Positions 39,382 to 48,149 of a stretch of 64,000 bases of DNA are shown in pieces. Made by a program: the position numbers and the translations under genes. The stretch is from NCBI GenBank assembly GCA_938039145.1, contig CALHVG010000036.1, forward strand, positions 23,251 through 87,250, written 5' to 3'. The notes under the pieces were generated by a model. The model searched no databases and was not told the DNA's origin. It was given only the letters and a program-made list of their open reading frames with translations. Numbering within the stretch: position 1 is the stretch's first letter; the number at the start of each line of letters is the position of its first letter. The stretch is from an uncultured Treponema sp. (GTDB taxonomy: Bacteria; Spirochaetota; Spirochaetia; Treponematales; Treponemataceae).

Positions 39382-39466
39382 TTTTCCTCCTAATAAAAAC
39401 TTTTGCAGGAAACTTCAGTGTCCTAAAAGTTTTCAGCCGTGCGCGAGAGCGCACAAGTTAAATATA

Positions 39467-39490
39467 CAAGTTTGCGATTGAGCAAACTTG
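39467..39490. promoter_or_regulatory. Palindrome CAAGTTTGC-N6-GCAAACTTG (candidate operator 1)
   Basis: Perfect 9-bp arms. On the transporter strand it abuts a TATATT hexamer at 39461-39466. Confidence 0.4.
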
Positions 39491-39814
39491 AGTAACTCAA
39501 AGACGTGCCGTTTATACGCTTTGAGTTTACACTCCCAACTTTACGTTTTTTGCAGACTCTTAATAAAAACTGCTTTTAGCGGCTTCAAAATCTTTTCGCA
39601 AATTTAAATTCACTGGCAAACATATTCGTCCATGCAATTGCGCAGAATTATCAGCCACTATCATTCTATGAAATATCCCGATATATTTCTACAAGCAGTA
39701 TTTTTATTCACAAAAGATTTTCACAAAATCGACTTAAAATTGTAGCCGGAGTGTTTTTTTCAGGGCGATCACGGTGTAAAGCGGCGGACGGACGGCGGTG
39801 AAAACCGGATTTTA

Positions 39815-39837
39815 CAAGTTTGCGTTTAGCAAACTTG
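39815..39837. promoter_or_regulatory. Palindrome CAAGTTTGC-N5-GCAAACTTG (candidate operator 2)
   Basis: Same 9-bp arms as 39467-39490, located 348 bp away. Confidence 0.4.
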
Positions 39838-39921
39838 CGTAAAAGATCGTATGTCGAGTTTCTTTATTTTTATAAATACCGTATATAACTTACCTAAAGA
39901 ATTACAATGCATGAACAAATC

Positions 39922-40050
39922 GGGATTCCAAAGGGCGGCAGTCCTTTGGTCGTGCCCAAGGAAGGTGGGTCAAGGGAGGAAAACTGCGGGCTTCGAACTC
40001 CGAGCTGGTTTCCTCCCTTGGTATCCCCTTTATTTTAATTTTCTTTTCTT
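39922..40050 (+). promoter_or_regulatory. Structured leader or small RNA with a terminator-like 12-bp stem and U-rich tail
   Basis: Hairpin A: 39928-39934 with 39943-39949. 12-bp stem: caagggaggaaa (39971-39982) with tttcctcccttg (40009-40020). Closing helix: gggat with atccc. U-rich tract from 40029. Confidence 0.4.
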
Positions 40051-40112
40051 CATGCTAGAATCAAAAAAAAACGGTTCACATCCGAAAACATCGCATTACG
40101 GGGAGGCATTCG

Positions 40113-40961
40113 TTGCGCACAAAAAAATGGTATGAAAGTTTGGATTTTTACAGGCTCACCGGAATCGTTCTTCTTTGGATTTCCGCATGGCTTTTTATGA
40201 TGCCTCATGAATCTGAAGTAAACGCACCTTTCTTTGATAACGCTTGGGGCGCGTTTTTCTCCGCATTCGGGATTCATAAAAATGAAGTTTCCGCAATCCA
40301 ACAGTCTCCCGACCTTATGACCGCTCTTGCGTCGGTCTTTCTGATGATTTTCCTTCAACTTAGGGGGATTTTCCGTGTTGCGATTGTGCAAAAACAAGAC
40401 GAAAATCAAAAAGATTCCGTCTTGCTTTTTACGTTACTGAATCTTTTTTCGATAATCGTGCATTCGCTTTTCTTTGCCGTTGTTTTCAAGATGTTCTTTT
40501 TTCCGAACGGCGGAACGACTGCGAGCGTCTATGCGGCAATGAAAGAAAATATCGGAATAACGGTTTTTGCCGCGTGCTGCATAACGGGAATAATCCTTGG
40601 AGTTCCTAGCATCTCGCGCCTTCTTATTGTGCTTCTTTTTTGCGTCGGAATATTCAAAAATATTTCTACGGTGAGCCGGATTATGGGAACGACCGGTTTT
40701 GTTGCCGCAATTTTATCCGTTTTGGGATTTTTCCTTGAATTTTCTGCAGGAGGTTTTGACAAAGAGCGATTTTTAACGGAACTTGCGGTTCTTTCGGGAC
40801 ATTATGAGAATCTTTATAAAACTTCCATTACCGAAAGAAATGAGTTCGCCGCAAATATGACAGCCCGCTCTTCTTCAAAGAAAAAGGATTCCAAATCAAA
40901 AGAATCTCTTCTTAAAAAGGCTCAGCGTTTTTCCGCCGGAAAAGAGGGAGGCGCAGAATGA
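40113..40961 (+). CDS. Hypothetical polytopic membrane protein
   Basis: TTG start 6 nt after a GGGAGG RBS. About 6 hydrophobic segments and a Lys/Ser-rich C-terminus. No family recognised. Confidence 0.65.
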   Translation: MRTKKWYESLDFYRLTGIVLLWISAWLFMMPHESEVNAPFFDNAWGAFFSAFGIHKNEVSAIQQSPDLMTALASVFLMIFLQLRGIFRVAIVQKQDENQKDSVLLFTLLNLFSIIVHSLFFAVVFKMFFFPNGGTTASVYAAMKENIGITVFAACCITGIILGVPSISRLLIVLLFCVGIFKNISTVSRIMGTTGFVAAILSVLGFFLEFSAGGFDKERFLTELAVLSGHYENLYKTSITERNEFAANMTARSSSKKKDSKSKESLLKKAQRFSAGKEGGAE

Positions 40962-41596
40962 GGAAAAAACTTTTTGCAGCTTTCTATATGATTTTTTTGC
41001 TTCTGGCGTTCGTTTCCGTTCCGCTTTTTGTGGTAAAAAAGACGCTGGATATGAAAAGCGGCTGGCACGGAATCCCTTGGGGAAGCACTGAAAGTCAAGT
41101 AAGCGACTGGGTAAAGAAAAACAACACGAATTACGATTTTGAAAAATGTCCGCTGAATCATTACGGAGTCCTTTGCCGAAAACTTACATGGAAAAAGAAT
41201 CGCGGCGACGTGCCTTTTGACAGCATAGAATTTCAATTTAGTAACGGAAAACTTTGCGCAGTGATAGAAAGCGAAAAAGTTTCCGATTTTGACCCCTCGC
41301 TAAATCTGAATTTGGGACGCCCCGAAAAAGGAAGTGACATAAAACTTGTTGAAGTCAAAGAAAAGGGAGCTAGGTTCATCATGATTGAGAGGGTGTTTTA
41401 CTACACGCCGGAAAAACAATCGGGCGCAACAAGGGAACGCTACGCCGTCTCAAGGCTTATAAAATCCCCCGTCAAAACGGAAAGTCCCGAAGAAATAGTT
41501 TCATGGCGGTTGACAAAAGGTTCGTACAGCAAAGATTTCTACGAAGAAATAAAAGACAGATGGGATAATTTTCCTTCCGCGCATTTCAGTTTTTAG
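40958..41596 (+). CDS. Hypothetical secreted or membrane-anchored protein
   Basis: ATGA overlap with the upstream gene. N-terminal hydrophobic segment FAAFYMIFLLLAFVSVPLFVV. Confidence 0.6.
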   Translation: MRKKLFAAFYMIFLLLAFVSVPLFVVKKTLDMKSGWHGIPWGSTESQVSDWVKKNNTNYDFEKCPLNHYGVLCRKLTWKKNRGDVPFDSIEFQFSNGKLCAVIESEKVSDFDPSLNLNLGRPEKGSDIKLVEVKEKGARFIMIERVFYYTPEKQSGATRERYAVSRLIKSPVKTESPEEIVSWRLTKGSYSKDFYEEIKDRWDNFPSAHFSF

Positions 41597-41924
41597 ATAA
41601 AAGTCAGGTGTAAAATCTGCGGAATGTGGAAACGTCGCAAAGTTTTGAGGCAGCCCCGCCCACGATATATTTTACTTTTACATCGATAAATCTTTCTTCG
41701 TCCGCAGATGCTTTGTTCCCGCCGCTTGCCTGCTGCCGAATGCGAACTGCCTTTTCAGTGCGTTATCGGGCGGCAAAAAATGCGCTTTTTACCGCAACGC
41801 CGTGTTCCTTCTTTTGCATTCTATTCGCAAAAATAAAAATTACGAAAGAAGGCGAAAATGTGCTATGCTGTAGGCGAAAACTTAAAAATACGGAAAAGAG
41901 TTTGTCGGGTTTTGCGGATAGTTT

Positions 41925-42680
41925 ATGAAATATAATTTTATTGTTCTTTGCGCTGTTTTAAGCTTTGTGACTTTTCCTGTTTTGGGGCAAAGTCAAAAAA
42001 TTGTTCCCTGTTCGGATATATTTGAATATTCCGTGAAAATTGCCGAAGGAAAAACGGATGTATTATCTGCCGATTTTTCAGACTTGGAGTTAGGGACTCT
42101 TACCGGCAAGGAACTTCGGTTGTTGCGGAACATGATTTATGCAAAATACGGATACAAATTCAAATCTCTAGATTTACAAAAATATTTTATGAAATTTACA
42201 TGGTACAAACCTATGCATGAAAATATTGATTCTCTTATGACTGAACTTGATAAAAAAAATATAGGCAGGGTAAAGTTTTTTGAAGATTTTAAGGGAAGCG
42301 ATTCACATCCGGAGGAAATAAACTTAAACGGTTTATGGCAAGACATTCCGATTGCGGCAAGCGGCTGGTCGGATGTTTTTTATTTTTCCGGCGGCAATTC
42401 CGTCTGTTTTTATGTTTCTCAAATGGACAGCGATAACGATGATGATAACGGCGGGAAAATAAGTAAATTTTTAGGTACATATAAAATTCAGGATTCTTTT
42501 TTATATATTAATTTTAAGAATATCGTTTTGAATAATGAAGCAACGTATAGCTGCGACTGTAATTTAAAGTTCCCGATTTATAGCTATGAAGAAAATAAAA
42601 AGATTGCCGCGGAGCTGTATAAAAATAAAGTTTCTATAGGAACAAAGAACTTTTACTATTTTGAAGGAACTTACGAATAA
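41925..42680 (+). CDS. YARHG-domain secreted protein
   Basis: LRLLRNMIYAKYGYKFKSLDLQKYFMKFTWYKP matches the YARHG pattern. A signal peptide is present. The gene is very AT-rich. Confidence 0.75.
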   Translation: MKYNFIVLCAVLSFVTFPVLGQSQKIVPCSDIFEYSVKIAEGKTDVLSADFSDLELGTLTGKELRLLRNMIYAKYGYKFKSLDLQKYFMKFTWYKPMHENIDSLMTELDKKNIGRVKFFEDFKGSDSHPEEINLNGLWQDIPIAASGWSDVFYFSGGNSVCFYVSQMDSDNDDDNGGKISKFLGTYKIQDSFLYINFKNIVLNNEATYSCDCNLKFPIYSYEENKKIAAELYKNKVSIGTKNFYYFEGTYE

Positions 42681-42888
42681 ACGGATTGCATTTTAAACTC
42701 TTTTTCTAAATTGAGTTTGCGGGCGACGGCAATGATATTGCTATTTTGGGAAGCATAATCCGTTCAGGGCAGCTTTGATTCCGGTTATAATGCGTTTGAA
42801 CTGCCTTTTTAGGCTTATGCTTGTGTTCAAGTTTTTTTTATAGTAAAATACCGACGCATAACATATTTGCAAGTCAGGAGGAAGTCCC

Positions 42889-43869
42889 TTGAAAAAGATA
42901 ATATTTATTTTTTTTGCAGGCGCGTTGGCTTTTTTGTTTTTATCCTGCGGTTCTACGCCGAAAAAAGAAACTTTACCTAAGGATGAACCAAAAATTGAAA
43001 AGCCCGATATGTCTTCAAAAGATAAGTCCAAGCCGGATAGCGAAGACGAACTTTCCAAGGCGGAATCGGCTCGTCAGGCAGCAATAGATGCCGGTGCGGA
43101 AAAAATCGCTCCTGCTCAGTTTGCAGCTGTTGAAGCGCTTTTTAAGAACTTAAAGGAACAGTCAAAAGCGGGGCTTGATACATCTTCCGCATTGAAAGAT
43201 ATTCAGGACAGATATTCGGCATTGGCTGAATATTCAAAAGCCGTTTCCGCAAAGAAAAAAATCGATGATAACGGGTTTGCTTCATACGAACCGCAAAAAT
43301 ATGATGCTGGAAAAGCTTCTCTCCGGGAAATGGAAAACCTTTTCAGCAAATCGAACGTTACAGGCTCTTCAATGCTTTCTACGGCAAAGCAGGCAAGAAC
43401 TTCATTTGATTCCGTGCTGTTTTCGGCGTATAAAAAACTTGCCAAAGACGAGCGGGTAGAGGCGTTCATGGCAAAAGCCAAGGCGGACGGAATAAAGGCG
43501 GGTGCTGCAGCAAAGGATGCGTACAACAACGCCGTTCAGGAGTTCAAAGCGGGCGACTCAAGTTATTCCATGCAGAATCCCGAGGCTGCGTTCGGTCATT
43601 ATTCAAATGCAAAGGTTGAATTTTCCGCCGTGTATGCCACTGTGCTTTCTGCAAGGGAAGCCGCCCTCAAGGCTATGGAAGAAGCAAAAAACAAGGTGAT
43701 GGAAAGTGCATCTTATGCTCAAAAGGCTGACGAGGAAGCTCCGCTTTCAGGTGAAGACGTTAAGGGAATCGAAGCTGCCGATGCCAAACTGTTGGAAGAG
43801 GACACTTACGAAGATCCCGTATCTCAGGAAGCCGAAATCCCTGAGACATTGCTTGAAGGAGATGAATGA
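42889..43869 (+). CDS. Alpha-helical lipoprotein (DUF4398-like Ala/Lys/Glu-rich repeats)
   Basis: Lipobox LFLSCGS. TTG start 8 nt after AGGAGG. Repeats of the type A..A..AGAEKIAPAQFAA. Confidence 0.65.
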   Translation: MKKIIFIFFAGALAFLFLSCGSTPKKETLPKDEPKIEKPDMSSKDKSKPDSEDELSKAESARQAAIDAGAEKIAPAQFAAVEALFKNLKEQSKAGLDTSSALKDIQDRYSALAEYSKAVSAKKKIDDNGFASYEPQKYDAGKASLREMENLFSKSNVTGSSMLSTAKQARTSFDSVLFSAYKKLAKDERVEAFMAKAKADGIKAGAAAKDAYNNAVQEFKAGDSSYSMQNPEAAFGHYSNAKVEFSAVYATVLSAREAALKAMEEAKNKVMESASYAQKADEEAPLSGEDVKGIEAADAKLLEEDTYEDPVSQEAEIPETLLEGDE

Positions 43870-44564
43870 TGAAAAAAATTGTTTCCCTTGTTTTTATTTT
43901 GTCGGTTTCCGTCTGCGTTTTTGCGGCAAGTTATACAAACAACACCTACCAAAAACTCGCTGATGAGTACACAAAAAAAGCGCAGGTCGCTTTTGATGCG
44001 GGTAAATATGAAGCTGCCATCGGCTATTCTCAGAAAGCGGCTGAAAATGCGGAACTTTCCAGGGCTTACATCGACATGATGAGAACCCGCGGAAATGCAG
44101 AAGCGCAGATTAAGATTGCGCAGAACAGGATTTCGTGGGCTCAAAGCATAAAAGCTGATAAAAGTTTTCCGATAGCTTTTACCGCTGCAACGTCTGCATA
44201 TTCCAATGCCGAGTCGGCATTCAAAAACGAAGATTTTTCTTCCGCGCTGACTTTTGCAAACTCTTCAATCGCTGCGCTCGACGGCATATATGAAGTTACT
44301 CCGCTTCCGGAGTTCTACATCGTTCGTCCATGGGCGGAAACGAAAGACTGCTACTGGAACATTTCCGGCCGTCCTTACGTTTACAACAATCCTTTGCTTT
44401 GGGAAAACCTTTATCAGTCAAACAAGCAAAGTATGCCGCGCCCCAATGATCCTAACCTTATAATGCCGGGCATGAAGATGAAGATTCCAAGTCTTACCGG
44501 CGAATACAGGGAAGGCGTTTACAGCCCTAAAAAGAAATACGAAGCGTACGGGGCAAAAAGATAG
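43866..44564 (+). CDS. Secreted protein with a C-terminal LysM-like domain
   Basis: Overlaps the upstream stop. YIVRPWAETKDCYWNISGRPYVYNNPLLWENLY..IMPGMKMKIP. Confidence 0.65.
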   Translation: MMKKIVSLVFILSVSVCVFAASYTNNTYQKLADEYTKKAQVAFDAGKYEAAIGYSQKAAENAELSRAYIDMMRTRGNAEAQIKIAQNRISWAQSIKADKSFPIAFTAATSAYSNAESAFKNEDFSSALTFANSSIAALDGIYEVTPLPEFYIVRPWAETKDCYWNISGRPYVYNNPLLWENLYQSNKQSMPRPNDPNLIMPGMKMKIPSLTGEYREGVYSPKKKYEAYGAKR

Positions 44565-44577
44565 TTTTTCGAACTTT

Positions 44578-44616
44578 CAAGACCGATTTCCCGATTTGGA
44601 ATCGGTCTTGTTTTTT
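44578..44616 (+). terminator. Rho-independent terminator
   Basis: 11-bp stem caagaccgatt/aatcggtcttg followed by TTTTTT. Confidence 0.65.
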
Positions 44617-44823
44617 ACAAACCCGATGAATATTTGAAGGGATTTTTGTTTCATGATTTTTGAAAAATCCTTTGTCCTGATAAAAAATCATTCGGCGGCA
44701 TTCTGCTTCCTTTGATTTTTTTTTGACAGATTGACAGTTACGAATTAGAATTACGTAAAGATTTATGATAGAACTTTTCAGGGATGCTGAAAGGTTCCAT
44801 GCCACAAATTTATAGGAGTTTTT

Positions 44824-45645
44824 ATGGCAGTTATAGCAATATCAAGACAGGTTGCGGCGTTGGGTGATGAGGTTGCTTCGGCTGTCGCAGAAAAAATCGG
44901 ATATAAGTTTATAAACAGACAGGAAATAGAAAAGCGTATCGTCGCTCTCGGTTTTCCTGCGGAAAAACTTAAAAAATACGACGAAAAGAAGCCCGGCTTT
45001 TTTGCTTCTTTGGTAAAGGACAGGGATGAATATCTTCATTATCTTCAAACGGCTGTTCTTGAGGCGGCGGAAGAGGGTGACTGCATTCTTATCGGTCGAG
45101 GCGCTTTCGTGATTCTTGAAAGCCTTCCGAATCTTTTGTCGTTCCGCTTTATTGCAAATGATGATGTTCGTATTAAAAGACTGATGGATGAATTCAGCTG
45201 GAACGAAAAGCAGGCAATGCAGCGCATAAGCGAGAGCGACACTAACCGAAAGGGTTTTCATAAAAGTTTTTTCAACATTGATATAGACGACCCCAGCCAT
45301 TTTTTGATGGTGATGAATACGGGTATTTTTGAGGAAAAAGATGCCGCCGGCACTATTTCCACAATTTTGGAATCCTATATAAATCCTGAAAAAGAAAAGA
45401 AGGGTGAAGAAAAACTCAAGGAACTTTTGAAATGTCAGCACCTTGTGAACAAACTTGTTTTTGAACACAAACTCAACATCGAATTCCTGAGGGCTGTAAT
45501 CGACGGCGAAAACCTTACATTGCAGGGAGTGGCGGATTCTGCGATATTGGTCGAACGGGCAATTCGTATTGCGTCGGAAGAACATCCGGAATTCAAGGTA
45601 ACTTCTGCAATAAGCGTTGTTCAGGATTTCAAGGCTCATCTATAA
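44824..45645 (+). CDS. Cytidylate-kinase-like family protein with a BON-like C-terminus
   Basis: N-terminus VIAISRQVAALGDEVASAVAEKIGYKFINRQEI resembles the Cytidylate_kin2 family. The C-terminus reads LQGVADSAILVERAIRIA. Confidence 0.6.
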   Translation: MAVIAISRQVAALGDEVASAVAEKIGYKFINRQEIEKRIVALGFPAEKLKKYDEKKPGFFASLVKDRDEYLHYLQTAVLEAAEEGDCILIGRGAFVILESLPNLLSFRFIANDDVRIKRLMDEFSWNEKQAMQRISESDTNRKGFHKSFFNIDIDDPSHFLMVMNTGIFEEKDAAGTISTILESYINPEKEKKGEEKLKELLKCQHLVNKLVFEHKLNIEFLRAVIDGENLTLQGVADSAILVERAIRIASEEHPEFKVTSAISVVQDFKAHL

Positions 45646-45668
45646 CTTAACCGATTCAGCGCAAAAGG

Positions 45669-45697
45669 GCAGAAATGAAAGTTTCTGCTCTTTTTTA
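45669..45697 (+). terminator. Rho-independent terminator
   Basis: Stem gcagaaa/tttctgc followed by tcTTTTTTaTT. Confidence 0.6.
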
Positions 45698-45735
45698 TTG
45701 ACTTTTATTCCTTAAAAAAAGATACTTTAAGCATC

Positions 45736-46344
45736 ATGAAACTTTCCAACAAATTTACTACCATGCGGCTATGTTTTGCGCCGTTCTTTTTTATTCTTTA
45801 TAACCTTCCGATTTGGATAAATTCCCCGCTACTTTCAAAAATCACTGCCTTTTCAATGATTCCGCTTTTGGCATTTTTTGAGTTCACGGATTATCTTGAC
45901 GGTTTTTTCGCAAGAAAATATAACGAAGTAAGCGATTTTGGAAAAATCTACGATCCGTTTGCGGACGTGCTGTTGAATCTTTCCGTTTTTGCCGGCGCAA
46001 TCAATTCGGTAGGAGAAAAAGGTTTTGCTCCCATGGTGCTGTTCGTTTTGCTTTTCTACAGAGAGTTTACGATGACCTTCCTAAGGATGGTGGCGCTTTC
46101 AAAGGGAGTCGCAATTGCGGCAAGAAAAGGCGGAAAATTCAAGACAGTGTTCTATATATTCACGGGATTTTTTATGCTTGCGCAGGAATCTGCATTGCGA
46201 CTTGGTTTTGATATTCCGCATTCAGAGACTTTTAGAACCGCCTCCATTATACTGATGGTGATTTGTGTGGTTTTGAGTTACATTTCGTTCATCGATTATA
46301 TAAGGGTGTTCGTTCCCGCTTTGAGGAAGACCGGCGGAAAATAG
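45736..46344 (+). CDS. pgsA: CDP-alcohol phosphatidyltransferase (PgsA-like)
   Basis: DYLDGFFARKYNEVSDFGKIYDPFADVL, which matches D-x2-DG-x2-AR-x8-G-x3-D-x3-D. Confidence 0.82.
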   Translation: MKLSNKFTTMRLCFAPFFFILYNLPIWINSPLLSKITAFSMIPLLAFFEFTDYLDGFFARKYNEVSDFGKIYDPFADVLLNLSVFAGAINSVGEKGFAPMVLFVLLFYREFTMTFLRMVALSKGVAIAARKGGKFKTVFYIFTGFFMLAQESALRLGFDIPHSETFRTASIILMVICVVLSYISFIDYIRVFVPALRKTGGK

Positions 46345-46371
46345 AAAAGTCTTACGAAATCCGGTTTATTT

Positions 46372-46411
46372 GGCGGAAAGTTTTCTACGAAGAAAATCTT
46401 TCCGCCTTTTT
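46372..46411 (+). terminator. Rho-independent terminator
   Basis: 9-bp stem ggcggaaag/ctttccgcc followed by TTTTT. It ends 1 nt before the purB stop. Confidence 0.6.
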
Positions 46412-46412
46412 C

Positions 46413-47837
46413 CTATTCATCCATAAGTTTTAGATATTTTTGCGCAAGCCTCTTTGATTTCTTTTCGGCGATTCCTGAGTAGTTTGCAGGATTTTCAAAG
46501 AATGAGTCGGGGTTTTCAATGCCTAGTTTTTCCAGCTGAGTTTTTATGTCGGCATATTCTTTTTTATGGCTCTTCAAAACCTCAAAGAATGACTTTCCCT
46601 CATTTTCAGCCTCAAGCGTGATTTTCCTTATAATCTCGTGCCCGTCATTGTAGCCTGCTTCGCCCAAAAGTATGTATGCCGGTTCTGCAAGAACCCCGCC
46701 TTTTACCTTTCCGCCTGCGCATTCAAGGTTTCTTGCCATCCCTTCTCGGTCAGCCTGAAGACCTTTTACTATTGAGTTCATCCTTTCTACAGCCATGGTG
46801 AAACCGGACACGTAGTCGCTTATGAATCGCTGGCTTGCGGAATTTGTAAGGTCTCGCTGATGCTCTGAAATTTGGTCCATGTAGAAGGTCATGACGCGCG
46901 GACACATCGCTTTCCATAGGGATTTTACGTGTTCGGAATTCCAGGGATTTCGTTTCTGCGGCATTGTGGACGAACCCACCTGCTCTTTCGAAAAATATTC
47001 GAAGACTTCGCCGATTTCGCTTCTTTGTAGATTCCTTAGGTCGTCGGCAAGATTTGCTATTATTCCGAATGCGACGTTCATCTCAAGAAGCAGACGAAGC
47101 ACATGTTCAGGTTCTACAAGCTGATTTGAATATTCCGAAGGCTTCAGACCTAGGAATTGAGTGTAAAGCCGTTCCAGTTCTTCCGGGTCTTTTACAATCA
47201 TCGAAGGACCGTTATACGACCCCACAGGACCTGCAAGTTTTCCTACGAGTTTATCGGAAAGTTCCTGAATGCAAAGAATGGATTTTCCAAGTCTGCTTAC
47301 GAATTCCGCTATGCTCCATCCGAACGTAATAGGGACTGCATGCTGCCCGTGTGTTCTTCCGACCTGCGGTGTGGCGCATTCCCGTTCGGCTATTCTGCAA
47401 AGGTTTCGTTCAAGTTCTTTAAGTTTCGGAAGCACTACGTTTTTCGTAACGTCCCTCATTCGGCATGAAAGGGCTGTGTCCAAAATGTCAACGGAAGTCG
47501 CCCCAAGATGAACCAAAGGTCCAATCCGAGAGTCAACCTTCTTTTTCATCACGTTAACCAACGCCCTGATATTGTGCTTTGTTTTTTCTTCCTCTTCGTA
47601 GACATCCTTGGGGTCTATGCTGTCGGCTACCTTGTCAAGTATGGCTTCAAGTTCGTCCGTGAGTTCTCCACGGATTTTAAGATGCGCCTTTACCAGTGCC
47701 GCCTCGCATTTTGCGCACGAGCGGATTGCCGCCTGCTCGGATATGTATTTGGACAGTCCCTCAAATGAATCCGCTTCCGAAAGCGAATAACGATGGTCAA
47801 GGCAAGAAAGATTTTCGAAAATATTACGTGTTTCCAT
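46413..47837 (-). CDS. purB: Adenylosuccinate lyase
   Basis: Fumarate-lyase signature GSSTMPQKRNP and N-terminal LDHRYS. Start placed at the METRNIF ATG (47837). Confidence 0.85.
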   Translation of the reverse strand: METRNIFENLSCLDHRYSLSEADSFEGLSKYISEQAAIRSCAKCEAALVKAHLKIRGELTDELEAILDKVADSIDPKDVYEEEEKTKHNIRALVNVMKKKVDSRIGPLVHLGATSVDILDTALSCRMRDVTKNVVLPKLKELERNLCRIAERECATPQVGRTHGQHAVPITFGWSIAEFVSRLGKSILCIQELSDKLVGKLAGPVGSYNGPSMIVKDPEELERLYTQFLGLKPSEYSNQLVEPEHVLRLLLEMNVAFGIIANLADDLRNLQRSEIGEVFEYFSKEQVGSSTMPQKRNPWNSEHVKSLWKAMCPRVMTFYMDQISEHQRDLTNSASQRFISDYVSGFTMAVERMNSIVKGLQADREGMARNLECAGGKVKGGVLAEPAYILLGEAGYNDGHEIIRKITLEAENEGKSFFEVLKSHKKEYADIKTQLEKLGIENPDSFFENPANYSGIAEKKSKRLAQKYLKLMDE

Positions 47838-48149
47838 GCGGAAAGTATATCGAAAACCGATTATATAGACCATAGGAATCAATTTTTATTAAATATTGAT
47901 AGTGAAACTATCAAAAAATGCTTGTGCAAGTAATAAAAATACGTTATGTTTCTCAACATACAGACGATTTGCTTGACAAATGCAGGCGATGGACTCGGTT
48001 TTTGCCGCCTGTATAATCCTTGCGATAAATTGACAGTCGTTTCTTGCAAGCAAATCTTTGAATGTAAAACCGCTTTTACTTTGCATATGCTTACGATAAA
48101 GGCGAGTTTTAGAACCATGAAAATCATATCTTTTTTAAGGAGAAGACAC

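Noticed and set aside
39922-40027. Possible SRP (4.5S) RNA, because the element is a ~106-nt closed hairpin containing GGAAGG.
   Set aside because: The conserved domain IV motifs (GNRA-capped helix followed by AGCAGC, and the opposing GGCAG) are absent, and the 5' half folds into separate hairpins.
39851-40135. 94-aa ORF spanning the structured leader.
   Set aside because: No RBS. The translation looks random, and the ORF runs through the 12-bp stem and U-tract and into the RBS and start of the next gene. An RNA-level function is more plausible.
41626-41928. 100-aa ORF in the 328-bp gap upstream of the YARHG gene.
   Set aside because: Non-ATG start with no RBS. The composition is Cys/Phe/Arg-rich with no motifs. 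Treated as non-coding, possibly decayed sequence.
48012-48050. Purine-riboswitch-like start (TATAATC followed by a cttgc..gcaag stem) between purB and the FGE lipoprotein gene.
   Set aside because: It lacks the conserved J2/3 and P3 features. It is oriented toward the lipoprotein gene, not purB. The TATAAT is better explained as a -10 box.
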